Origin: Hyphochytrium catenoides
Taxonomy: Eukaryota; Protista; Hyphochytriomycota
NCBI GenBank assembly: GCA_900088475.1
Contig: FLMG01002232.1
Location: 6,338 to 70,337 of the forward strand
Reading direction: 5' to 3'
DNA: 64,000 nt
Each line of letters begins with the position of its first letter. The first letter of the stretch is position 1. Positions 1-11,100 of this stretch are shown here, one piece after another. A program made the translations under genes and the position numbers. Below the pieces are notes generated by a model. It made no database searches, was not told the DNA's origin, and saw nothing but the letters and a program-made list of their open reading frames with translations.

Positions 1-1312
1 AGGTGATTCGCAAGCGCTGATCGAGAAGGTGAGCCAAAGAGTAAGGAGGTGCATCGTTCTAGATAAATCAATCATTTTTATGGAGATTTTACCATTTAAT
101 CTACCGATATCAGGTATAAAGAGGAGTCGTTGGTCAAACCACAAAATCAGTTCGATATAATCAGTAAATGCCTACAAGAGCTGATTCCCAGGGCATTGAT
201 TTATTTGAGTGATCGTTCTGATGTTGTGAGTTCTGATGTTTATGGTGGTACCCAGACCACCCCTCGGATCCGATTCCTTCCCTTGCTGGGATCTCCAGAA
301 AAGCAGCTTCCGAGGTCTGACCTTTCATCATCATCGTCATTTCCTCCTCCGTCTCTACATCTTCCCTGGTTGGCTGCTCCTCCTCCCGTCATCGCTTCCG
401 CCTGTACCGTTGTTCTATCGGCTTCTGATGGCTCACCAGTTTTGACCATTCAGTGCCTCGTAGCCCACCCGGTCCCTTAGCGATGAGAGTTAGAAGAAAG
501 TGAGAGATTGTTCACATCTGTGCACCATGAGGATGCTTCTAGGCTGCTTCAGCGACACTTCATACATTTATCCTTCATGATTATTAAGATCGATAGGACA
601 AGCGATCTTGAGAAGCTCATCAGCACATGAGCTCCCTCGACCATTCAGATTTTGACTTCCTTTCTACTGAGACAAGCCAACAAGCAGGCTTCCCAAGTAT
701 TTTCAGCTGTCTTCCTCAGCTTGCTTCAATTAACCACGAGCGACATTCCTAGGTGCCTCTATCTACATAATCCCACAGTATGATGTGCTCTGGGTACTTA
801 TGAGTGCGAATCTGTTTTTGCTTCCACGCATCACAGAGGACAAGACGACGGAACTTGTTTTCCAGAAAGGATAGTAGAGCTTCTAATAGAGAGAGGGTTG
901 ATGGTAACAAGATGTCGAGTCTACTATAATCAGTGAGGTGGCCCTTGATTCTGCCGTAGTGTTAAGAGTGGCGACCGTGCTCTTTGGGTTGCTCTCAAGA
1001 GGGGCTCTCACTTCCGCCTCTCCAGCTCTAATGCTGCTGCCGCTAACCGCATTTACCTGTTGAACCTGGACCCGGGCTCGCTGTTAGCTAAACCTGGAAC
1101 AGGAATCATTTCCATGTTCTGACCGCCCCACCCTATTTCACTTGGAGTCTTTTCTGCACGAGGTGCTTCCAGATAAAGAAGTCGAAGGCTGGTTGTTCAC
1201 GGTGGCTTCTCTTAACCCAAGCGCTTCCTTGGGCCGGGCCGAAGTAGCAGATTATTGACCGCTAGTGATACTGCGGAGTGGTCACAACCACCGCCACCTG
1301 GCTCCAATTGCA

Positions 1313-3605
1313 TCAGCTCTTGACAAGGCTACCCTGCACCCATACCCGCAGGATGTTCCTGTCATCTCCAAGATTGATAAACCGCTCCACATAGCTCTCC
1401 TTGGTATGGAGACCAGCGGCCGAAGAACTCGATCCATCATCGGAGACAAAAAATAAGTCGATAGGAGAGTTTGAAGGAGCGATATCTACCAGGAGGGCGT
1501 CAAAACACTTTCCTTCTTTCAGAGTCCCCACCTTGTCTGCTATACTAAGACATTCTGCCCCACCAAGAGTAGCAAGCCAAAGTGCCTCTTTCCAGCTAAC
1601 TCGAGGGCTCGAAGTGGAACTGCCGTCAATCTGTTGTCCTTGTGTCCTCTGTCTCTCTTCATTGGCCAGCGCTAGGGAAGCCAGCACCGTACTTCGCATA
1701 GCAGAGAGCATGGAGTAGGAATACCCGCCAGCTACATCCGTTCCTAGGCCACATGTAAGGCCTAGCCGCTGATTGAAGTGCTGAAGGGGAAAGGTCCCGT
1801 CGGCAAAGTAAAAGTTAGAGAGAGGACAAACCGCTATCGCTGCCTTTCTCTCATTGAGCAGGTGCACGTCGTCCTCCGAGAGGTGGACACCGTGGGCTAG
1901 AACCGTCTTGGAAGTAAGAAGTCCGCAGTGGTCGAAGATTAGTGTGTCGTTTCCTCCTCCTAGAGCAGGAGAAGGATAGAGCTCTCTCACAAACTTGATC
2001 TCGTCCAGAGATTCTGACACGTGCGATTGGACGTGCACCTGCAGCTCTTGTGCCATCTTGCCAAGACCTTTTAGTAGAGAGAGAGAACAGGAAGGGATGA
2101 AGCGTGGAGTGATGACGGGTTGAACTCTGTCATTTCCCTTGCTCCTTACGTAGTCTATGAAGTGTCTTGCCTCAGCTAACGCTTCCTCCGTCTCCTCCCT
2201 GTATCCCTGTGGGCTATTCTGGTCCATTGAAACCTTGCCTATGTACCCTCTTTGTCCCTCTCTCTCTACAATGTCAGCCAACAATTGGGATGGCTCTCGA
2301 TGCAGTGTAGCAAAGTAGAGAGCTGTGGTGGTGCCATTGTCCAGGAGACGTCGGACAAGCTGACCTACAAAGTCCGAGCAAGTGAGAGTAGCGAAGTCGG
2401 ATTGTCATAACCTTGATACTGAAGCATGCGAACGATGAGCAAGAAGGAGAGAGAGAGAGAGAAAAGGAAAGAGAGAGAACGAGAAAGAAAGGCCAATGAG
2501 GAGACCATGCAGACAACTGATTAGAGAGAGGCATGGTACTTAGGTGGAACGCTGATAAATGACAAGAAACCTTGAAAGATAGGAGGTAATAGACAGAAAG
2601 AGGAACGGAAGAGAATAACTGCAGGGAAGTGGACAAAAAGCCCATAGGGAGGAGAAGGTAAAAGACCCGAACGCGAAGACACAACCGCTAGAGCTCTCTC
2701 TGCCTTCTAACCATAAACGGCTTCTGCCAGCACCAGATCCTGCAGCCGCTGCTCAGAAGGGAACGTGTACTTGTTAAGCCTGGTGAGGCAAAAGAGACAT
2801 CAGACGAAATCTCCCATTCGTGGACAGACAGCAGGCAAAGTTAAGCTCGAAGAAGAATCTTAGTGGCAGTCATGGACCCTCAACAAGGAAAACGGGCGGG
2901 CACGACGCGTGGAGGTGCAGGGGAGGATATATGATGCCGGAGGAGCAGTTGAAAGAAGCTGAGGAGCTAAACAGAAAGGAAGGGCAACACGCTGGAGAGA
3001 GAGCAGAGGAAGACCGACAGTCCCGAAGAAGAGGAGAGATAGAGAGAGAGCAGGTTTGGGCAAGGAGAGTGTTAAGGAAGACAAGAGGAGGAGAGGTACC
3101 ACTCCATCAACGGGACGTCTAGGCCCGAACCGCAGAACTGATACTGAGGCGCATGGATGTGTGTGTCAATAAAGCCAGGGATAAGGAACTGGGTAGGAGA
3201 GAGGAACAGAATGCTCTTTCTCTCTCTTACGATCCTTTCCACGAGCGGAGAGAAGAACGGCGAGGCTGGGGCAGATGGAGAAGTGAGCAAGAAGCTTCGC
3301 AGTTGGTCTTCATCTTTGCAGACGTCTGCCGAGAGCCCTGGGAAGAGCGCGAGTATGGTTCCTCCTTCTCTTGTTTCTTCGTGATCATGAGTCTCTCTCT
3401 GGCCTTGTTCGGTCCTCTCTTTTCCTCTTCTCTCCGGCTGTTCTTTTTTATCTGCGCTCTCTTGGCCTTGAGCCGCTTCTCTTCTCTTTTTGTCTCCACA
3501 CTCTGGCGGCTTCTCAGGTGCTTCCACGGCGATAAGCGTGTCTTCTAGGATCTCTACATCTCCTCTACCTGGCGCATGCACTACGGTCCCGTGGATCAGC
3601 AGCAT
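1313..3605 (-). CDS. GDA: Guanine deaminase (amidohydrolase superfamily), 3 exons: 3605-3100, 2779-2712, 2364-1313
   Basis: The spliced product has PGFIDTHIHAPQY (HxH metal site), PLMEW|LNKYTFP, NGTTTALYFAT, ITPRFIPSCS, QSHVSE, LAHGVHL, CPLSN, GLGTDVAGG and GDDRNI. GT-AG junctions keep the frame. Confidence 0.95.
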
Positions 3606-3780
3606 CTCTGGCTTGCCTTTGTGTGCTATAGAGGTAGGTCAGACCCTGGGGAGTGACGAGACAGAGTGGCCTCACCCCCAGGATCGATCTGCCAAAGACC
3701 AGCAGCTGCTGCCTTTTCTGTCATTGCAAATTGCTCATGGCGATGGCGATGTTGGAAAACCGTTGCTTTCGCAAAGGGCG

Positions 3781-3814
3781 AGAGAGAGAGAGAGGCGGAG
3801 AGAGGGAGAGGGGG

Positions 3815-3851
<37 letters not shown>

Positions 3852-4534
3852 CGCGCAAGAGAGAGAGACATTATTATCACGAAATCAATGGAAGTGTTCT
3901 TATTTGACCCTTGAACAGAGGTCTACTGCTTAAACATACTGTGCATCTAGGCTATCGACCCATCTGCACAAACAACTGGATTCATCCCTCTTGTTGTTGT
4001 CTCTCTTGTCCTTTCCTCTCTCTACTTCTCTCTCTCCTCTCCCCTCCTTCTCTCTCTCTCCCCTTCTCTGGCTCAACACTCCCTCTCTTTCTTTCTTATG
4101 CTCTCTCTCTCGCGCGCGCCAACGCTCAGCTGCCTCTGTCTCTGTTGATAGTTAGAACTATCCAGCTGCTTCCATCAGGAAGAGAGAGGGAGAGAGAGAG
4201 GGGGAGAGAGGGACACGAGCGAAGAGAAAGAGATCACCCAAGACGGGTCACTAAGAGGGCAAGGGCGAGGGAAACTTCATGCTACCGTTTGCCTAACAGG
4301 GAAGAGAGCAAGAGAGAAGGATGAAGAGACGAGAGAGGGGAGAGGACAGTGTACTGACCAGCTTCGCAAACAGGGTAGTAAGTGAGCTGCGAGCGTACAT
4401 TATCAGCGGCTCAGACAAATTGTCCTCCATCTGTGTCAGTGTAAATGTCATTCGGGCCATGGCTGCCGTTCTCACTCTCCTTCAACCTTGGCCTCGTAGA
4501 GAGAGAGAGAGATAGAGAGATTGAGAGAGAGATT

Positions 4535-4582
<48 letters not shown>

Positions 4583-5048
4583 CTTCGGGAAGGGAAGATA
4601 GACGATAGGAAGAGAAAGAGGGCCACGCAGTGAGGCGTAACGTAGGGAAAAGTTTCTCTGGCGCGTCAGGGCAGCAGTTCCTGGCTCCTCTGCAAGTCAA
4701 CTAATTGATGCTGCTCTTTTAGGGTTCCTCTCTTTATTCTACGCAGGACCGTTTCTCCTCTCTCTTCTCTCTCTCTCTCTCTCCCTGGCTCTTACTCTTT
4801 CTTTCTTTATCTTGCACTCTCTTTCCGTCCTTCTCTCTACTCCATCCCTCGTAAGTCTCCTCACTGACCTTCCTCGGCCCCAAACCTCCTGTTTTTCTTC
4901 CTTCCAATGTTAGCCATTGCGACAGATTCAAAGCGAAGCGCAGATTAGAGGGCAAGCAGCAAGGGAGAGAGAGACAGCTCAGACAGACAGACAGACAGAC
5001 AGAGAAAGAGAGACACACAGAGAGAGAGACACACACACACACACACAC

Positions 5049-5079
<31 letters not shown>

Positions 5080-5092
5080 AGAGAAGAAGAGG
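3781..5092. repeat. Cluster of (AG)n/(CT)n/(AC)n/(AGAC)n microsatellites in the divergent GDA-ZNFX1 intergenic region
   Basis: Visible runs at about 3781-3848, 4183-4210, 4498-4580, 4760-4785 and 4965-5092. Confidence 0.95.
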
Positions 5093-5175
5093 GTAAAAGG
5101 AAGCTACAGGGAATGAGAGAGAAGGCGCAGAGATAGACTGCAGAATCGTTAATCGAAGTGAGAAAGAGCAGCGAG

Positions 5176-8100
5176 ATGGAAGAAAGAAAGAGGGATATCA
5201 GACCTCGGAGAGAGGGAAGAGACGAAGCTCCAGGAAGACGCACCACCGCTGGCAGAGAACGGGCGGAAGAAGAGAGGAAGACTGCGGAGAATGGGACAAA
5301 GCCTTCCCCTGGAAGAGGAAGAGGGAAGGAAGAGAGAAGACAGAACTTTGACGCCTCAATCACTCTTCCTCGCGCTGTCTGGGCCTCAGAGCTCACGAAG
5401 GAGAGGCCCAAAGAGATATCTTCTTTCCTCGAGTCTGCGCTGCGAGTGCATTGGGTCGACGAGCTCGTCCTCTTCCTCTCCACAGAGCAAGGAGTGAAGA
5501 AGCTGAACGCCATTCTTTCCTCTCCCTTATCGTTGACAGGATCTACGGGGAGAGAGAGGACCTTCCAGAGTATTGGCTTGAACTTCTTGAGACTCTGCAC
5601 CGGAGAGAAGTTGCTCTCCTCTTCTCATGCTTCTGCAGTGCGGACCATCTATAGAGTGATATACTATCTGTTCTTGGAGAGCTTCATTCACACTCTGAAG
5701 ACAGAGAAGAAGCATTTGAAAAGGTTGGGCCTTCTCTCTCCATCTCTTTCACTTCTCTCTTCACTTCTCTCTGCGCTATGCACCAAGGTACCAGGAGCCG
5801 CTTCTGACCCCGAGATCCGTCGCTGTGCTGAGGACTTGACAAGCTGGATTATTACTGAGAACCTGACGGGGGATGCAGAAGAGAAATCTCTCCAGACCTT
5901 GAGAGCGACTCTTCGTGTTTGTCAGCAGCTAGGGCAAAGAGAAGAGAGAGAGGAGTCGTCGGGAACACATCCTGCTTCAAGCTCTGACTACCGTCTGAGG
6001 TCGACCAATGGCTCTCTTTCTCTCCTTTCTTCCCTACGGCTCGCCCGTCCTTCTCATCCCTCAGGCCCTCGGCACGACAATGACCCAGAGGACTTCCGAA
6101 GAATTCAGATCGTGCCTACACAGGAGGAGATCCTCTCCTTGGAAGAGCCGTTCCTCCCTCAAGTGGGAGAAGTAAGGCCAAGGGAGGAAGGCCTCGAAGC
6201 AGAAGATGAGGAAGAAGAATTGGAAGAAAAGTTTCGACTTCATTTGGACCGGCACTTCCGCCTTCTTCGCGAAGATTTCTTGGCGCCCTACCGTCGAGCC
6301 ATTCAATGGCTGCTAGGGCCCGGCCCCATCTATGAAAGGCTGCAGGGGTCGAAGCAGAGCACGAGAGAGAGAAAAGAAGAGAACATCCCTCGCCTATTCG
6401 TCCTCTCTGGAGTACAAGTGCAGGGAGTCAAGGCTGACCTTAGATGCGGAATCTTACTCAGTTTCTCTTGTCGCCAACCTCCAGCGGTGCAGCAGATGAG
6501 TAAGGCGAAAGAGAGGCGTCAGTACTGGGAGAATAGTAAGATGCTTCAGCCTGGTGCCTTGGTCGCCATCGCGGTGGGAGTTCCTAGCTTCTTCGTTTCT
6601 TCCTCTCCTTCAAAAGAGAGAGCCAACGAAGAGGGAGGAGCAGACGGCAACGCTAATTCCTTTCCAAGGTTTAGAGAGGTCGGAGCAGAGCTCATCCTGT
6701 TCGCTGTAGTGGCAGAAGGAGATGTAAACTCTGCAATCCGGCGGTCCCATGACCCGAAGGAGCTAGTGGTGCATTTGAAAGTCTTTCTGCCATCCAGTCA
6801 GATCCTGACGCTGGGAAAGAGGATGGAGACTGAAGGAGGATATCCCCCGCGGCAGCAGACGCAGAACCTTCTCGTGCAAGCTTCATCTGTCTTCTTCCCT
6901 GGATACGACCCAGTGCTACGCAGCCTCCAAGCCCATGGAGAAGAGAGGGACGGCGTTCCAAAGGATATTCAACGCATTATCTGCGCGATGGCAGGAGAAG
7001 AAATCTGGACTACTCCGCCCGCTTACCTTCTTCAATCTCAGCCACCGAGGGCCTATGACATCATCCGTACTCCAGCACCTCTGTCCCATTCGATTACCTT
7101 TAACCTCGAGCACCTGGTTGCGGAGGGACGCCATTCAGCGATGGACCTAAGGAAGGTGGCAGTGCAAGACTATCCTCGTCTTAAGGAGCTCTTGCACTAT
7201 GAAGAGGCACAAGGGAACCTTCTTCTGGATGGTTCGCAGGTTGAAGCTTTTTGTGCGGCGTTGACCCATCAATGCTGCCTCATTCAAGGGCCCCCAGGGA
7301 CTGGAAAGTCTTATGTTGGCACTATTATTGTGCGGACCATTCTTCGCCAGCGTTCTCTCGTGGAGACTTCGTCCCATTCTTCTTCTGCCTCAGGGCGCCG
7401 TGCCCCACGGGTGGTTCCAATCCTCTGCGTTTGCTATACAAACCATGCGCTGGATCAATTTCTAGAAGGCCTAGTAGAGGCGGGCATTGAGAAGGAGAAG
7501 ATAATAAGAATGGGCGGTAGAAGTAAGTCCTCTCTCCTTGAGGAGAGGAACCTGACTTTCCTCATGAGAGGGGGTAAAGGAGGTGGGAGAAGTAGAGAGG
7601 AGTCACGGGCGTTGAAGGCTCAGTTTGCCCGATATCGAGAGTTAGAAGACGGGCTAAAAGACTATGCAGAAAGTCTCTCTCTCTCTCCCTCTTCTAACTT
7701 CCAGCAGTTCCAGAAGTGGATGAAAGAGTTCTACCCTGAGCAGCTGGAGAATATCACCGGCACTGAGGACGAGGACGGCTTTCAACTCGTGGGCAAAGGA
7801 GGAAAGCAATTCACCGCCTTCCAGAGGTGGCAAAGCTGGATAAGCGGGAAGAGTGAAGTACCGGTTTACCGTCCCCTGAGGAAAGAGATGGACAATGCTG
7901 AGTTAACCACTGCCTCTCCGCTCCTCTCTTCCTCTTCTCGATCCTCCTCCGCTTCTTCTCTCCTCGATCTTGACTCTGCTGCTCTTAGCAGAGAGCAGGA
8001 GCAGACGGAGGCTGCGCCAGGTGAAGATGTCGACCTAGAGGAACTGGAGGACAGCGAGACCCCTTTCTCTATTGGGGAGAGGATAGGAGATTCTCTTGAG

Positions 8101-11100
8101 ACAACAGAAGGCGAGGCAGAGAGTCTTCTGCAGCTAAACTTCTGTACCATGTGGCTTCTTTCCCCTGAGCAGCGGCTGGCAGTGGCTTCGTATTTGAATG
8201 AGCGCTTTATGCAGCACAGAGCCGAACAGTTTCAGCGGATTGTTGCGGAGTGTGAGGAGGTTGTGCAGAGGAGACGGGAGCTTGAAGATGCTGAAAAACT
8301 TCGTCTTCTTCGCTCCTCTCATATTGTGGGAGTGACCACCACTGGCTGCGCAAAGTATCGGGAGCTATTAACAAGTCTGAGGCCATCCATCGTCATCTGT
8401 GAAGAAGCTGGCGAGGTCCTCGAAGCGCAGATACTGTCATCGATCTCTCCCGGCCTCAAACAGCTGATTATGATAGGAGACCACCTACAGCTGCGCCCCA
8501 AAGTTGAAGAATACTCTCTTTCTGCCGTATCTGGACGAGGATATGGCCTGGATATATCACTCTTCGAGAGGCTAGTCTGTGAGAGGACTGCACACTATAT
8601 GAAGGAGAGCGAGGGGCAGCGGGGAAGGGATCCAAGGGACATAATGAACGAGAAGGGAATTTTGGTCACATTAAAGACTCAGAGGAGGATGAGACCCGAG
8701 ATCGCAGATTTGGTTCGTCTGACTCTGTATGAGGACCTCAAGGACTCTGCCTGTGTCAGGGACTATCCGCCCCTAAAAGGCTTCACCAGCTCTCTCTACT
8801 TTCTCGACCATCAGCACAAAGAGAAAGAAAGTGGGGGCATTTCCAAGCAGAATGACTTTGAAGCGCGGATGGTGGTCGAGCTCGTGGAGTACCTTCTGCG
8901 ACAGGGCTGCTACGGCACTGAAGACAAGACAATTGCTGTTCTTACCCCTTACTTGGGCCAACTGGTGCTTATACGAAGGTACCTGTTGGAGAGAAGGATA
9001 GCGATGTCTGTGGAAGAGAAGGATGAGGAAATGATCAAAGAGGAGGAGGAAGATGAAGAGAGAGAGAGCTCCCCGCAATCTACGCCGTCTCTCTCGTCTA
9101 CGCCGCTTATTCAGGTCCGCAGTTTGCACAGCTGTGTGCATCTCTCCACAGTTGATAATTTCCAAGGGAACGAGGCTGCAGTTATCCTTCTTTCTACCGT
9201 GAGATGCAACGCTGAGGGCCGCGTCGGGTTTCTAAAGATGAGCAATCGAGTGAACGTCATGCTCTCTAGAGCCAGAGAAGGGATGATCGTACTGGGCTCG
9301 ACAAGCACTATAAGACAGAGTAGAGGTGCCACCATGCTTCATGCCGTATTGGAGCTCTTGGAAGACAGAAACATGTTGGGTTCAGCGCTTCAGCTTCGCT
9401 GTCAGCTCCATGGGCGGGAAAATAGTGTCAGCTCACCTGAAGACTTCAGGGTCAAAGTCCCAGACGGCGGATGTCTACTTCCCTGCCGAGCACGCCTTCC
9501 ATGCGGTCACGTTTGCCCTCGTGCCTGCCATGTAGACGATGCCTCACACAATGCTGCTTCTTTGAGATGCCTGGAGCCATGCGCAAAGGTACTACCCTGC
9601 GGTCACCCCTGCACGGAGCGGTGTTGTCAGCCTTGTGTCTGTAGAAAGCTGGTAAAGAACGTTCCGTTGCCATGCGGTCACGTCTTGCAATCTGTGGCTT
9701 GCAATGAACTGCATAGGCAAGATGGCAGGCTACCTCTCTGTCATCACCCCGTTACGATCTCTTTGCCTCTCTGCGGGCACAACGTCCAGGTCCCCTGCCA
9801 TGAGCTTCAATCAGCGCGAAAGGACGGTGATGCCGAGGGCACAATGAAGATAAGCTGGCTTAGAAAGAAGTCTTATTCTTGCTCGCATCCATGCGGAGCT
9901 GTTCGTGCCGACTGCTCCCATCCTTGTTCTCTTCGTTGCGGCTTATGCCTTGTCGCCAACCTTTCTGACGCTGAAGAAGCCTTTGCCAAAGCTCTGAAGG
10001 AAGCTAGAGAGAGGGTAACTGAAGGAAGTAATATCCTTGAATGGAACGAACATGGAGGCCCCTGCCAGCAACCTTGCAACCGAGCACTGCTCTGTGGACA
10101 TCTTTGCACAGCATCTCCCTGCCACAAAGCTGGACAATGTCCTCCTTGTCCGCTACCTTGTCCAAACGCCTGTCCCCACTCAGCGTGCCAGAAGCTGTGT
10201 AAGGCGCCCTGCCCTTCTTGTGCGGAACCCTGCCCCTGGTCATGTACCCACCAGGGCCAATGTCCACTGCCTTGTGGCTCACCTTGTATCCGCTTACCCT
10301 GTGATCAGCGTTGTGAAAGAAGGTTGCAGGGATGTGGGCATCAGTGTCCCGGCCTTTGTGGGGAAGATTGTCCGGCCTCGGAATACTGCCCAAGCTGCGG
10401 CCCTAGGGCGGCGAAGGGCGATGAGGTGGTAGACCTCATTCTCCTGACAGCGCTGAAGGATCATGACCCTTCTGACTCTCCTCTAATACGTCTCCCTTGC
10501 GGGCATATCTTCACCGTGGAAACTCTCGATGGCTGTGTGGGCATAGAGTCGCTCTATGTAAGGGCAGAGAGCCCATCCGGGGGAGAACGAGAGGCATGTT
10601 GGGTTGCAGCGCTTCCCCTTTCCCATTCTACTTCTTTCGGAGCGTCCCCTCCCGCTTGCCCTCATTGTAGACAGCCTATTTATGGTGTCAGAAGGTACGG
10701 GCGTGCGATAAATTACGCTGTCCTCCAATCAGCAGAAAAAAAGTTTCAGGGGGAGACGTCTCGGGCCATTCTTCAGCTGCAAACGCAACGGAGGACGGTG
10801 CAGCGGGTCCTGGAAACTTTAAGTGACACGAAAGGGCAGAGAGCGAAGAGAAAGCGATGGGAATCTCGCTGGGACCGCTTACTAAGGATAGAAAATATGG
10901 CAAGAAAGCAAGTGCAGATGAAGACGCCTACTGAGGAAGTCTTGGAAAAGGAGATAAGCCGCCTCTCGCAGCTCTTTACGACTACGGATAGCAATGCGAC
11001 CAAGGACCTCAATCTTTCAACATACCGGCAGACATTCCAGCACAAACCAATGATAGACTCTCGCTTAGAGCTTCTCTCCATTCAGGAGCTTCTTTTCCGC

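Noticed and set aside
1-1300. Short ORFs at the window start (130-480 +, 240-449 -)
   Set aside because: Low complexity with no recognisable motifs, and I could not build a consistent spliced model
3626-5600. ORFs rich in SL/ER repeats (e.g. 4734-5600 -, 3911-4324 +)
   Set aside because: Translations of (AG)n/(CT)n microsatellites or antisense shadows of ZNFX1
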